Source: Daphnia carinata (taxonomy: Eukaryota). From it: DNA of 64,000 bases. Positions 1-14,020 of this stretch are shown piece by piece. The position numbers and the translations under genes are program-made. Below the pieces are notes generated by a model. The model did not search any database and had not been told where the DNA came from. It saw nothing but the letters and a program-made list of their open reading frames with translations. The DNA lies in the NCBI RefSeq assembly GCF_022539665.2, contig NC_081333.1:186001-250000 (forward strand), written 5' to 3'. Within the stretch, counting starts at the first letter, position 1, and each line of letters begins with the position of its first letter.

Positions 1-274
1 TAATTATTTAATATAGCAAAAATCTCAACCGAAACTCAAAATCACATTTTCAGTAAATGTCGGTACATGATCATCGATACATCGAAATAGGCCCGACTAT
101 TCAAGTCCGATTTTTCGGACAAAAAAACAAAATGCGTTTAGTCTTGAATAACTCATTAACTATAAATACTAAATCAAACGAAATCAATTTCCGACACATC
201 GTTAAATTTGAACAAAATGGAATCAAAAAAGGTTTTAGGGAAACTATATTAAACTTAGAATAATTTAAAAACAA

Positions 275-3200
275 ATAGCCTTCTCACTTTTGTTAAAATC
301 AGCAAAACATAAAATCTCATGAAATTGCATTAAACTCCACCAAAATAACCGGTATTGAACGCTGATTCAGAATATAGCATTAGTTTTTCGATTAGTGGTG
401 CGGTTTGTGAATAAAACGCAATTAAAGTGATTTTTGTTTGTTTATCGTCGCGGGCACCATCTATTAGCGGAAGTATGATCAAAATAAGCTTCGATGCTGG
501 AAATGTCAATAAAACTGGGATAAGTAACAAACTATAAGTCGCACATAATAAACATATTGGTTTTCATGATCCTCATTAAATTCTCAATCACAACCATGTA
601 TTTAAAAGAATTTCTAAATTTTCGACAAAACTGAAAAAGTAGGAAGGCTATAGCCTTCTCACTTTTGTTAAAATCAGCAAAACATAAAATCTCATGAAAT
701 TGGATTAAACTCCACAAAAAATAACCGGCATTGAACGCTGATTCAGAATATAGCATTAGTTTTTCGATTAGTGGTGTGGTTTCTGAATGAAACGCAATTA
801 AAGTGATTTTTGTTTGTTTACCGTCGCGGGCACCATCTATTAGCGGAAGTATGATCAAAATAAGCTTCGATGCTGGAAATGTCAATAAAACTGGGATAAG
901 TAACAAACTATAAGTCGAACATAATAACAATATTGGTTTTCATGATCCTCATTAAATTCTCAATCAAAACCAGGTATTTAAAAGGATTTATAAATTTTTG
1001 CCAAAACTGAAAAAGTAGGAAGGCTATAGCCTTCTCACTTTTGTTAAAATCAGCAAAACATAAAATCTCATGAAATTGGATTAAACTCCACAAAAAATAA
1101 CCGGCATTGAACGCTGATTCAGAATATAGCATTAGTTTTTCGATTAGTGGTGTGGTTTCTGAATGAAACGCAATTAAAGTGATTTTTGTTTGTTTACCGT
1201 CGCGGGCACCATCTATTAGCGGAAGTATGATCAAAATAAGCTTCGATGCTGGAAATGTCAATAAAACTGGGATAAGTAACAAACTATAAGTCGAACATAA
1301 TAACAATATTGGTTTTCATGATCCTCATTAAATTCTCAATCAAAACCAGGTATTTAAAAGGATTTCTAAATTTTTGCCAAAACTGAAAAAGTAGGAAGGC
1401 TATAGCCTTCTCACTTTTGTTAAAATCAGCAAAACATAAAATCTCATGAAATTGGATTAAACTCCACCAAAAATAACCGGCATTGAACGCTGATTCAGAA
1501 TATAGCATTAGTTTTTCGATTAGTGGTGCGGTTTGTGAATAAAACGCAATTAAAGGGATTTTTGTTTGTTTACCGCCGCCACCGCCATCTATTCGCGGAA
1601 ATATGATACTTATAAGCTGCGATGCTGAAAATGTCAATAAAACTGGGATAAGTAACAAACTATAAGTCGCACATAATAACAATATTGGTTTTCATGATCC
1701 TCATTAAATTCTCAATCAAAACCAGGTATTTAAAAGGATTTCTAAATTTTTGCAAAAACTGAAAAAGTAGGAAGGCTATAGCCTTCTCACTTTTGTTAAA
1801 ATCAGCAAAACATAAAATCTCATGAAATTGGATTAAACTCCACAAAAAAATAACCGGCATTGAACGCTGATTCAGAATATAGCATTAGTTTTTCGATTAG
1901 TGGTGTGGTTTCTGAATAAAACGCAATTAAAGTGATTTTTATTTGTTTACCGTCGCGGGCACCATCTATTAGCGGAAGTATGATCAAAATAAGCTTCGAT
2001 GCTGGAAATGTCAATAAAACTGGGATAAGTAACAAACTATAAGTCGAACATAATAACAATATTGGTTTTCATGATCCTCATTAAATTCTCAATCAAAACC
2101 AGGTATTTAAAAGGATTTCTAAATTTTTGCCAAAACTGAAAAAGTAGGAAGGCTATAGCCTTCTCACTTTTGTTAAAATCAGCAAAACATAAAATCTCAT
2201 GAAATTGGATTAAACTCCACAAAAAATAACCGGCATTGAACGCTGATTCAGAATATAGCATTAGTTTTTCGATTAGTGGTGTGGTTTCTGAATAAAACGC
2301 AATTAAAGTGATTTTTATTTGTTTACCGTCGCGGGCACCATCTATTAGCGGAAGTATGATCAAAATAAGCTTCGATGCTGGAAATGTCAATAAAACTGGG
2401 ATAAGTAACAAACTATAAGTCGCACATAATAAAAATATTGGTTTTTATGATCCTCATTAAATTATCAATCAAAACCAGGTATTTAAAAGGATTTCTAAAT
2501 TTTCGCCAAAACTGAAAAAGTAGGAAAGCTATAGCCTTCTCAAATTTGTAAAAATCAGCAAAACATAAAATTTCATGAAATTGGATTAAACTCCACAAGA
2601 AATAACCGGCATTGAACGCTGATTCAGAATATAGCATTAGTTTTTCGATTAGTGGTGTAGTTTCTGAATAAAACGCAATTAAAGTGATTTTTGTTTGTTT
2701 ACCGTCGCCGGCACCATCTATTAGCGGAAGTATGATACTTATAAGCTGCGATGCTGGAAATGTCAATAAAACTGGGATAAGTAACAAGCTATAAGTCGCA
2801 CATAATAACAATATTGGTTTTCATGATCCTCATTAAATTATCAATCAAAACCAGGTATTTAAAAGGATTTCTAAATTTTCGCCAAAACTGAAAAAGTAGG
2901 AAGGCTATAGCCTTCTCAAATTTGTAAAAATCAGCAAAACATAAAATCTCATGAAATTGGATTAAACTCCACAAGAAATAACCGGCATTGAACGCTGATT
3001 CAGAATATAGCATTAGTTTTTCGATTAGTGGTGTAGTTTCTGAATAAAACGCAATTAAAGTGATTTTTGTTTGTCTACCGTCGCCGGCACCATCTATTAG
3101 CGGAAGTATGATACTTATAAGCTGCGATGCTGGAAATGTCAATAAAACTGGGATAAGTAACAAACTATAAGTCGCATATAATAACAATATTGGTTTTCAT

Positions 3201-3675
3201 GATTCTCATTAAATTCTCAATCACAACCATGTATTTAAAAGAATTTCTAAATTTTCGACAAAACTGAAAAAGTAGGAAAGCTATAGCCTTCTCACTTTTG
3301 TTAAAATCAGCAAAACATAAAATCTCATGAAATTGGATTAAACTCCACCAAAAATAACCGGCATTGAACGCTGATTCAGAATATAGCATTAGTTTTTCGA
3401 TTAGTGGTGCGGTTTCTGAATGAAACGCAATTAAAGTGATTTTTTTTGTTTACCGTCGCGGGCACCATCTATTAGCGGAAGTATGATCAAAATAAGCTTC
3501 GATGCTGGAAATGTCAATAAAACTGGGATAAGTAACAAACTATAAGTCGCACATAATAACAATATTGGTTTTCATGATCCTCATTGAATTCTGATTGAAA
3601 AACCATGTATTTTAATGGATTTCTAAATTTTCGCCAAAACTGAAAAAGTAGGAAGGCTATTGCCTTCTCACTTTT
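275..3675. repeat. Tandem satellite, ~9 copies of a 376-bp unit
   Basis: The string ATTGGTTTTCATGATCCTCATTAAATT recurs every 376-377 bp. Each unit contains the near-palindrome GAAGGCTATAGCCTTC. The ORF track shows the same translation repeating at that period. Confidence 0.97.
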
Positions 3676-4130
3676 TCATTTTTGGCTAAATTTTAAATTT
3701 CGCTTAAAACACAATATTTAGATTTAGAATTGAATGCTTATCACGGAAATCCAATTTATTTTCCAATGGGACACATGGTTTTTTAATTAAACGTAAAAAA
3801 CAAAGTTTTTTTTTATAACATAAGTCACTTAGTCGGGCTTATTTTAGTCGGGCTTAAAAAAATTTATGCAATTTCATTAAGTCAATCGTTTTTTAAATAC
3901 ATCGATTATTTGATGCGATGCTAGCGCACCAGTAGGGTATAGCGCTAGCGCTATGCAGCTGAAACAGTCGGTGCATTTCCAAAATGGTTGATGTTATGAA
4001 AAAAATAGTAATTTTCTCGGAATCAGCATTCATTTTTAAGTATATTCTGTTATATTTAAACAATTTCGATGAATCTTAGGTTTTGCACAAAAAATTTTTA
4101 AGCCCGACTAAATAAGCCCAACTTTTCTTA
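3660..4130. mobile_element. Dispersed palindromic repeat (non-autonomous TE/MITE-like) flanking the satellite
   Basis: Inverted motifs AGTCGGGCTTATTTTAGTCGGGCTTAA (~3830) and TAAGCCCGACTAAATAAGCCC (~4099), plus TAGCGCACCAGTAGGGTATAGCGCTA. The same modules occur at 8.7-9.7 kb and 46 kb. Confidence 0.65.
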
Positions 4131-4513
4131 TTTTTTAGTTTTTTACTGTTCCCTTTATTGTTACTAGAAAACAATAGAAATGTGCACACAGCAACAAGAT
4201 AGCCTCATTTTTTACGTATTTTATTTTTATTTTAAACCCGTGTAGTAAAATTAACATGTATGGATATGGATTGGCTACATATTAAGGCAATGTTGTGTAA
4301 ATATGAATAAAAACAAATGGGGAGCGAGTAAATATCTCGATGATTAGATGGCCAACTGCGGTTCCATCCAGCGAGATGATTGTAGAAGATGGTGTTGGAT
4401 CATACAGCTGCCTGGTACGCAAGTCTGCTGTAGAAGAGTTCAAGGAGAAACAGGCATAGTTCCAGTGCAATAGCTTTATGTGTAACAGCTCACTTTAATG
4501 ATTACGTATTCTA

Positions 4514-4979
4514 TTAACTGTAATAAATAAAAGGTATTTCATCGGGTCCATACTGGTACTCTTGATCGGGACGCGTGGGTCTTTTGGCAAACCCCTGGTT
4601 GTTTCCATCCGGTATGTTCACGGGTCGACTTCCATAATCGTACGGACGTCCTAATTGTTTAAAATCATTACCGCATAAATGGCGCAGCTTTAACCAATTT
4701 CCTTTGAACTTGTCAAAGATAAGTTATGTAAGATAATTATGTTTGAATTACTGATTTTATAAACGCGCTTGTAAAACGTAGCGTCGACGACGTGGCCCCG
4801 TTCAATGTCCAAAACGGCCAATGCCTGAAAGGCCACCAACAAAACCATCACTCGCCACTAGTATTTTAGATGAAAGAGGAACACAGTTACTTGAAAACGT
4901 AAAAACAGCAGAAACTGCACAAATCAAGCATCTCATTGGTCAATGAGCATTTGACTATTCTTACCTTAAACTCTGACAT
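4514..4979 (-). CDS. Small secreted protein, 3 exons, ending ...EYQYGPDEIPFIYYS*
   Basis: MSEFK|WRVMVLLVAFQALAVLDIERGHVVDATFYKRVYKI|RRPYDYG...YYS* with GT-AG junctions. Clear paralog at 12065-12500. Confidence 0.85.
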
Positions 4980-6181
4980 ATTACAAACCATTATCTGAGC
5001 ACTCCCAAGATTGATATGCCAGGCCAAGAGGGTGAAGGCTTACTGCTGACCCGGACATCCATAGGCTGATTTTTATAAGGAACTTCTACATGCGTAGGAA
5101 GTGGAAAGCAGTAGAGACCTAAACAAGGAAAAATCGTTATCAAGGCAACCATTGAAATATTTGCATCCATGCAAGAAATTGCCACAAAAAATCTTTCAGA
5201 TGATTCAGATCATTCAGATGGCGCAACAATAATACATAGAACCCGTCCCACCATACACATAGACTTTGGCAATCAGCGTTGACTGCCTATATTTTTTCGA
5301 AATAGATCACTGCCAATTAAAAACTGTGTGCGGTTGGGACACCTGTGTGATTTCATGACACCGGATACGATGTCGTAGTGTGCCCTGTTGCTTAAACATT
5401 TACGTGCGTTTGTGTAGCATGAATCCTATTGCCAGTTTTACTAGCCAACAGTGCTTCTGCCATCAATTCACATGCTGAATGCTGATTCTCAATTGTTACC
5501 GGTTCCATGTGATTACACTGAAGGCAACAATGACAAAGACTATACATTTCTGCTAATCGGAAGATTTGAATAAATTATGTTCAGTACGAAAGTTTAAGGT
5601 AGCACGAAGCTATGTCCTATTACGCAGAACAGCCAAGTTGGTCTGCAAAACAAAACATGCAAAAACAACTTACTACAGCCGACTGACGTAGGCAACCTGT
5701 ACTCTGCCTCTAACTGGGCGGTAATGGCTCAGACAGAAGGATGGGCGATCAAAAATCACCTGGGGTTATGTAAGGAAAAATTGAAAACTAGAAAACAACG
5801 TTCGATTAGGCCACAACCGAACCGTGACAACCTACGAAAGGGCAGACCTTGAACCTCAAACGGCATACCAAATATACTTGTTTAAATATATGCACGCAGG
5901 CTTGTGTGAGAGTGAACGGCATCCAAACAGAAGGCCAAGCGAAGCTAAATAAGGAAACGAAAACCATATGTAAGAAAACACCGAATGAATGTACAGTATA
6001 ACAATGTATTGTTTAAAAAATTCCGAGCAAAACGTATCGATTAAACGTTAAAAGAAAACCAGTAAAAATAGATAAATGCAAATGAGAAACATAATTATGG
6101 TGTGAAGCGATGTCGTTTCCAAGCTCGTGTAGAGAAAAAATCTTCCTTATAAAAACGGTGCTGCAACAATCAGCGAGTCAT

Positions 6182-6664
6182 TTACCGTCCATACCCGTAA
6201 CCTCTACTCAACAAACAACGAAACAAACGTGAGTCCATGTTCAATACAAGTTCCAGCAATCGAAATTTTTACCCGTATCCGTAAGGTCTTCGGTAACCAT
6301 GATGGTGATGATGATAATGGCCATAGCCATGGCCATGACCGTAACCGTAACCGTATCCAGGGTAGCCGTAAGCACTACCCAGGGCGGATCCAAGCAAAAA
6401 TCCGAGTCCGAATTGACGTTTAGGGCGTGCTTCTGATACAATCGGCTCACCAGCGACTAATCCTGGATTGACTGGAACTCCGGCATCAGCTTCCAATGGC
6501 ACGACTTGAACGTTCTGTTGGGCAACGCTATACGCCACCACCGACAAAACAACCTTTATAAACAGCACAGTTTCAAAACATTAGTCCACGTTTGATTCTC
6601 TTTTGAAATTGTAAGAATATGAAATAGAAAAAACACTTACCAAAACGAATAGAAGGCGAGACAT
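6182..6664 (-). CDS. Secreted Gly/Tyr/His-rich prepro-peptide, 3 exons
   Basis: MSRLLFVL|VVLSVVAYSVAQ...RPKR-QFGLGFLLGSALG...HHHHH...YG|GYGYGR*. TATA-like TATAAAA at ~6731-6737. Confidence 0.9.
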
Positions 6665-7345
6665 GTTGTGGCCGCGCTTCCTTTGCTTCCAATCGCCCAA
6701 CTGCGATACGATGCACCTGGCCTTTCAGGCTTTTATACCTGGTTGCTCAGAGCCCGCAAGGTACGTACCCCTAATACATCTTGTCTAAAGCAATAGCTTA
6801 CCTGTACGTGAGGTCGTTCAGGACGTGGTACGATGCATTTTTCTGCCAACTAGCGTGGAAATAAAAAAGTCAGCTAAGAACCCGTGGGCTATTTTTTTTT
6901 TTCCAGCATTTTCCATGCCGGCCGAACATTCACACACTGTGAAGTCATGAGGAAGCAATATTGAAATGGCTAGGCTGCTTCTTTTCGTGGTGATGGCGCA
7001 GAAAAGCTACAAACAAAGACGCCAGGGTCACCTTGAACTTGCCCACAAACCCTGTCCAGCGCTCCATCTCTTATATAACGTCAACGATAACACACTGCAT
7101 TTCTTTTTATTACTTTCTCAAGCATTCTTTTTGCAATAAAATCGCGTTTTTCTCTCGGATTTAACGACTGTCTATTAAATTAGAAACAGGGTGCGAAGAG
7201 TCGATTGCAATGGCAAAAGAATTCAAGCGCAAATAACAAAGAAAGTGAAAGAAGTTGCAACGGGGAGAAGAAAATTATTCGTCACGTATAGTGACTTCAA
7301 ACCGTAATCGATAGCATCTCGTACGTTTTTTTCATGAATTTCTTC

Positions 7346-7822
7346 TTAACCGTAGTAACCGTGACCTCTGTTCAGAAAAATATATGAATATCCCCACCGA
7401 AGGCTGGAGCTAGTCTGCAATATAATCACCCGTATCCATGGTATCCTCCGTAACCTCCATATCCATGGTATCCACCATATCCACCGTACCCTCCATAACC
7501 GCCGTATCCTCCATAATAAGGACGACGGAGTGCTGCTCCAACCAACAATCCGGCAAGGAAGGGTCGATGGCGTTTAGGCCGCCCGTCGTTGATGGCAGTA
7601 ACCGACGGGCGAAATGAATTTCCTCCTTCGTCTTCTATTGGAACAATTTCGTCACTGTCCAGACTGGAGCAGAAAGCGGCCAGAAACGTGGACAACAAGA
7701 TGACCTTTTTTGTAAAGCAATACGTCAAAACCGATCGCATATATCAATATGAATTCCAAGTAGACGATTAGAATTAGACTTAAATGTAAAAGAATTACCA
7801 AAACTAAGAGACGGCTGGACAT
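7346..7822 (-). CDS. Secreted GGY-repeat prepro-peptide, 3 exons
   Basis: MSSRLLVL|VILLSTFLAAFCSS...RPKR-HRPFLAGLLVGAALRRPYY(GGY)n|GHGYYG*. TATATAA at ~7890. Confidence 0.9.
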
Positions 7823-8629
7823 TTTGTCGTCTTTACAACTTCACTTGTCTATCGTCAAAGTGCGATGCCGTTGACGCGCCTGACTGGGTTTATATACGCG
7901 ATCGTTGGGGTACGGATGACTAGCAAAAAAAACCAAACAAAACAAATGTGCAGTGAAGTAACACTTGTCATCTTGTATACCTTTTAAATGCTTTCAATAG
8001 TAACGTCAAGTACCTAACATTACAAAGCATATACTACATAGACACATAGGTTTACGCAAGAGAACCGTAAATCATCAACGGTCCATTTAAATCTTAAGCC
8101 ATGACGAAGCTGGTCTGTACTTGCCGTAGTACCGGATGGACATTTTGTATGATTTTTTGTTCCATACAGTATGATGCTGATGAAAGATTCTTCAAATAAA
8201 CATCCTGAGGGATAAGGGACTTTCCCTTTTATTTGTTGAAGATTTGGGAAAACCCCAATAAGGTTCCATCCTCCTCGTAGCCATCGGCAACAGTATAGCA
8301 GTTCCGGGTCATCGAACTCAGGATGGTTGTCACGCACATGACCCACTTTTGCCAATTATTATCGTGTATCATCATTGACCGCAGTGTGCATAGAGTTGAT
8401 TTGATCGAATGTGACATATAACAACACTTGTTATTAAAGAAGTTTTCGTATCCAATCATTTATTGGTCACACCTTTGGATAAGTACATGCCATTTAAAGT
8501 TGTGGCCAAATATTTTGTTATGCACGTACAATCTTGCAATTGTGTGCGGAAGAGGTAAATCGACACTAGGAATCTAATGCACATTGCATCCGGAATAAGG
8601 AATAACGCCAAAGATGCCTCTATTTTATT

Positions 8630-9670
8630 GGGATGTTCATTTTCGTGTTCCTTGTTAGATTTTGCATCTAAACCGTATCTACTTATCTAGATTTAACGAT
8701 AAAATATTTAAATAGGAAAAGTCGGGCTTATTTTGTCGGGCTTAACATTTCTATCGCACGCACTTTTATATTTTAAATTACTCAAAAACCATAAACTCTA
8801 CGTAAAAACAAAGGTCATTTTCGTGTTCCTTGTTAAATTTTGAATCTTATTCATATATAGTTATCTAGATTTAATGATGCTATTTTTTAAATAGAAAAAT
8901 AAATAAAAATTTTTAAGCCCGACTAAATAAATAAACCCGACTTCTTTTGTTTTTTAGGTTTAATTGGAAAACTATGAGGCCAATTGAAATATAGACTGGA
9001 TTTTCGCGAATAGCATGCAATTCTGCATCGAAATCATATATTTATAGCCAAATTTGAAATTTGGCCAAAATTGAAAAAGTGGGAAGGCCTTCTCACTTTT
9101 GTCAAAATCGGTCAAAATCGAAATCTCTTAGAATTTCATGAAAATCACACGACATAGTCAAAATTAAACGCTGATTTCGATTATGTTAGTGGTTTCTTCG
9201 CTAAGCCGGCCGTTTTCAAAATAAACTAAAAAAAATGTGAAAAGTCGGGCTTATTTTGACGCTCGGCCGACAAAAAATAAGCCCGACTTTTTTGTTTTTT
9301 AATTTTTATTCAAAAACGACAAGGCTAATTGAAAAATAAACTAGATATTCGTAATTGGCATTCAATTCTGCATCGAATACATGTTAAAACACATGCCAAA
9401 TTTGAAATTTGGCCAAAAATGAAAAAATGGCAAGGCTATATAGTCTTCTCACTTTTAGCAAAATCGGCGAAAAACGAAATTTCTTGGAATTCGAGAAAAA
9501 TCACACGGTATAGTCAAAATTGAACGCTGAGTTCAATTATGTTCGTGGTTTTCTCATGAAACCAGCAATTTTCAAAATAAACTAAAAAAAATGTGCTATT
9601 TTGGCATTGCAATACATCGAAGCGAACAATTTATTAGCGCGCCAGTACGCTATAGCGCTAGATGACACAT
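8630..9670. mobile_element. Dispersed copy of the palindromic repeat family related to the satellite
   Basis: AAGTCGGGCTTATTTT and AAATAAGCCCGACTT inverted motifs (8720, 8915, 9241-9290). AAAAAGTGGGAAGGCCTTCTCACTTTTG and AACGCTGATT blocks match the satellite unit. TAGCGCGCCAGTACGCTATAGCGCTA at ~9635. Confidence 0.75.
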
Positions 9671-9844
9671 CATAGTTCTTTACCAAACAATAAAATCTAC
9701 GTAAAAACAAATTTTAAAAATGTACACCTATATACGTCCCAAACGTCGGAAGCCAATGCAACTGTTCAAAAAACAAAAAGAAACAATCAAATTCTGACCA
9801 ACGACTGTGTGGATTAACAAACTCTCTGTTTACTTTTGTGTAAA

Positions 9845-10359
9845 TTAGCTGTGATAGATGTGAAAGTGGTCCGGATGCTCGTAGTCAAATTTCATGTGCC
9901 TTCGAGGGTTATGTTGGTAGATGGGTCTTGCATTTATCACCTCCGGTCGTCTGGGAACGCGAATCCGATAGCGTAAGGTGCTTAAATCAGCAGTGTCGCC
10001 AATGTAAGCATGATAGCGCACAGGTCGCCCTACTATTGCAACAACGGTGACAATGGCGTGCAACAAAAATAACAAACATAACAATGGAATCATTTTTTGC
10101 TTACCGAAAGGCTGCCTGATTGGATTTCTAGTAAATGAAGGACGATTAAAGTGAGCCCTGTAAACGGTGGCGCTAGCGTTCAGTTGACGGCGTCGACGTC
10201 CAGCCTCAACTGGTGAGGCAACCAGCAACAACACGACACACAGGAAGAGGATCGACTAATTGAAAGCACAAAGGGCACATAGGTTTCAATTACATAACAC
10301 ACAAGATGTATGCAATCAACAACAAACTGCGATCGTCTTACCAAATGATGGAGCTTCAT
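9845..10359 (-). CDS. Small secreted Arg-rich protein, probably 3 exons, ending ...DYEHPDHFHIYHS*
   Basis: MKLHHL|SILFLCVVLLLVASPVEAG-RRRR-QLN... with a probable in-frame intron GTAAGC...AGTAG at ~10031-10103. The C-terminus resembles the genes at 4514 and 12065. Confidence 0.8.
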
Positions 10360-12064
10360 CGGATAATTCAGTAAAAGAAAATTCAATGCTGAAGTACAGT
10401 GTATCGGGAGCTCGCAATACTATATGAAGCTGGCCTGAAAGCTGAACACAGGTTTAAATAGTAAAGGACAGTGCGTTCGAATTGAAATAACAGGTGCGTT
10501 TTGGAATGATCAACGAAGATCCAGAATCACGTGACTCCCGGACGGCATGCTCAATCGGTGAAACTAGCAATGTCATTCTATAGATATCTAGAACTACAAA
10601 AAGAAAAATACTATAGCGCAGTTATTTAGATAGAAAGACGTGATTGGCGTACGTGAATAACAACGAATTTTCTTTTCTTAATATTGTGAAAGCTGAATAC
10701 GCACGGCATGTTTGCATCCGTCACGTGTGCCTCTAGTGACGCAAAACATTGGCCTCCCTGTTCCTACGTCAGCTTCCGTATTCAATTATCATCTTGCATC
10801 GAATGGTCTTGTCAATAAAAACAACACTAAGAAATGCCAGTCAGGTTGGTGGACATACGCTCGACAATCAATGGGCGTTGGCAGCAGAAAAGAGTGCGGA
10901 CAAACTCTTTCATCAGAACGGCCTTGATCAGTTAACGACTTGACAGGTTCATTATAAAATTTCGCCACGATCAGTGGGTGGTTGCGAATGCCTGCATAGA
11001 AATGATACAGTAACATAACCAAAAAAATATACATAAAGGATTGGGATAAGGAACGAGTTTACGACCTCGTTGTTTAATCAATTGCCTTAAAACTATCATG
11101 ATGTGCCCTTCACATAGGATTTAATAAACCTTGATATTATTCCTTGGCCTACAAGGAATTGTACGTGGTAAAAATTTCCAGTTGCGTCATTCTTCTTGCT
11201 GGGCAGATGATATGCCGTGATTAGCATGCTCACCGAGTGCTGGTTATAGACTGCTGATGTTTTTTATGACAACTAGGTAACGGAAAGCAAAGTCATACGC
11301 AAGCTTACGTAAGCTCGTACATTCCATGATGAATCCGGATTGTCGCAGACCGATGGACTTTTTCAGAACGACCATCAGCGGGAAAAGTGGGTCGATTGAC
11401 AGTCTTCTGATCGTTCAGTTCTCATTTCAAAAGAATTTTTGAATATTTTGTATTATATTATGCACAATTCATATTTGCATGCCAACATACGAATGGCGTT
11501 GTCGTTAGAGAAGTGTTACATCACCAATTAAACGCCGCCGACAGAGTGGGATATGAGAAAATTGGTTTTTCCTTCTTCCCAAACCCATCTCAACATCGAT
11601 CATGACGAAGCAGAGGAAGATGTTCGTCTTCTTTTGATGAGTTCATGAAAAGACTCGCCCTTTTTTAATGAGTCATTATTCCTGCAAGCCCTTAACAGAT
11701 GCCTTTGGTCCTTGCAAGAAACCCAACTTTGTTTCCCATGCGTGATCCAACACTGAAAATGACTTTCTAATCGAAAAACCTCGGTGAAAGCCTTGACGTT
11801 GTATATGTCCCGATACAAATATAAACAATACACACGTATTAGTACAGCATTATTTTTTCAGATTAAAAGCCTTTAAAGAGTTGATTTTGTACGTGGCTTG
11901 ATTGAATTTTATAGAGAGAAACTAGTATGGCAGTGTGGTTCAGTTGATTATGTGTCTCATGATGGCTCGAACTGACCCTGAAATCAAGGGATCAAACAAT
12001 GTTACTTGAAGTTTGTTTAGACTAACGCTACGTTGATGTACCTTTCATAGTGCGGGTACACAAA

Positions 12065-12500
12065 TCAACTGTAGAATATGAAAGGTATTTCGTCAGGACC
12101 GTATTGGTATTCTTCGGGGCGAAAGTGTCCTTTTATAAAGCCGCGATTGGGAATGCTATCGTAATGCCCACCTTTGTAATCGAACGGTCTGCCTATAGAC
12201 AAAAAGCAAATTTTAAAAGTTAAGTTGCCCAATCAACTGGGTTTTTACGTACGTTTAAAAAGGGTTTGTAAAACGGAAGCATCAACCGCGTGACTATTCG
12301 GCGTGTCCATAACGGCTAGCGCCTGTAAGGACATTAGCAGGACAAACAGTCGCCACTGGAAGTTGTCGCATCGGAGAACCATAACAAATCAAACAGCGAG
12401 GGGCACCATTAACTTATTCGATTATCACCAACACTTGTTAAGTTGAATGAATTAGTGAATGAGGATAGCATACCTGGAATTTGGAGGGACGAAAACTCAT
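12065..12500 (-). CDS. Small secreted protein, paralog of 4514-4979
   Basis: MSFRPSKFQ|WRLFVLLMSLQALAVMDTPNSHAVDASVLQTLFK|RRPFDYKGGHYD...RPEEYQYGPDEIPFIFYS*. Absent from the ORF track because the exons are short. Confidence 0.85.
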
Positions 12501-14020
12501 TTAAGAACGTTGATACGTTGCGTGATTCTATCGGAAAGACTGAGGAAGAACTGCAGCTGTGAAACTCGTAGATGAAACATGTTGGTTTGTAGGGGGGTCT
12601 CCTGGTCCCACAAAGGAAGAGTATAATAGGAGAAAACAAGGAAAAAATATCATCCCGACAGCTTTCACTTTGCTGCGTATAAGACTAGGTCGAATAGATT
12701 AAAGATGCCAGAGAAATATATCCATATTTGGTAATTATTTCATTTGTTCTATACGCTTGTAACTAATCCATTCTCAATTTAGACTGTTTTGATCATTGCA
12801 AAGTTTCTGCCTATTTCGCCATACCGGAACTAAACAAAAATATAGAACTTTTTTTTTGCGAAACTGAAATCCCGTCTGGAATAATAATCACTTTGTTCTG
12901 GTATTGAGCGTCTATGCTGAATAATGATAGGTGACTGCCTTGCGTGCGAAATAACCTCAAGGACTTGATACCCACCTGTTCTATTTCAATTCACCCTGGC
13001 CATTGATTTTATATCATGGTGTCGGTCTCAATTTTCAAATCAATTTCAAGTTTAATATAACTGCTTTGTGTCCATCGGTTTTATGGCCGTGTCGTTAGCG
13101 ATTGATGCCGACCTGCCGAATGACGCATGAGACAATGGTGGACACGCGAAGATGGCATCTGGAAGGTCACATTGACATTGGATGCGGAGTTTTTGTGCGA
13201 TTTGCTTTTGGCGTCAGGTATTTGTTTTCCCTTCACACATGTTAGTTCCTGGTCGGCGTATATATAAGTCGTAAAGCATTTAAATCATTCCTTTGCGAGA
13301 AATGTAGATTGCCATGACGATGCTTGTATGCGTGACGGGCGATGACTGATGTTCTGCGGGAATGAACGAATCTCTTGGCCAAAGACTAACATCCATTTTG
13401 CCATTTTTGCGTGTGGGATTCAATTACATAGCAGTTTGAAAATGCACAGTTTCTTAGAACGTTTTGGCTCATTTGAAACTATGTAGGCTAGTGTGGGAAA
13501 AACCCAAACTGTTTTAGGTGCATTTAGACTTCTTGGTTCCATTACCTGTTGGTAGGCGACAACCGTGTCCCTTACTTGCATTTAGCCGTTTTAAGAAGGA
13601 CCGTCAAGGCCCTAAGAAATCCAGAGCTAATGAAAAGGTCATCGAGTACAAAAACGACAACCACCTTTAAATGACCTGTGGTGCCTACGTGATGGTCGAT
13701 TGTCATCCGGACCTCGGCCATCCATTTCATTTACGAATTTATCTTTTAAAAATGCAGTTAGTAAAGATGACGAGGCTATATAAGAAGAGCGGTTTTTTTT
13801 TATTTTAAAAAAGGGCATAGCCTTTATTTATTTCGTTTTGTACGTCAGAATCAATCAACGTGTTTCTTATGTGCGTAAAAGGGGATTGGAAAGCAGATTT
13901 GCGAAAATCTGATTTGTTTTTTTTGGGGGGGGGGAGGGAAGACAAATAATTAACGGATCGTACTTGTAACGGCAACATACTGATGCAAAGATACACTTAA
14001 TATCGACATCGTGATAGGAG

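Noticed and set aside
330..3389. Repeated 132-aa minus-strand ORFs, or a possible CRISPR-like array
   Set aside because: The ORFs are by-products of the 376-bp satellite: the period is not a multiple of 3, they overlap, and indels break them in some units. There are no unique spacers or cas genes, and the context is eukaryotic.
4282..4470. 62-aa minus-strand ORF downstream of the first secreted gene
   Set aside because: No ATG start or recognisable motif. Probably 3' UTR or intergenic.
8020..8459. Overlapping ORFs of 111 and 76 aa next to the repeat element
   Set aside because: No family motif or consistent splice model. A decayed fragment cannot be excluded without BLASTx.
10700..11850. 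Coding-like composition with scattered splice signals
   Set aside because: All frames are interrupted and I recognised no homology.
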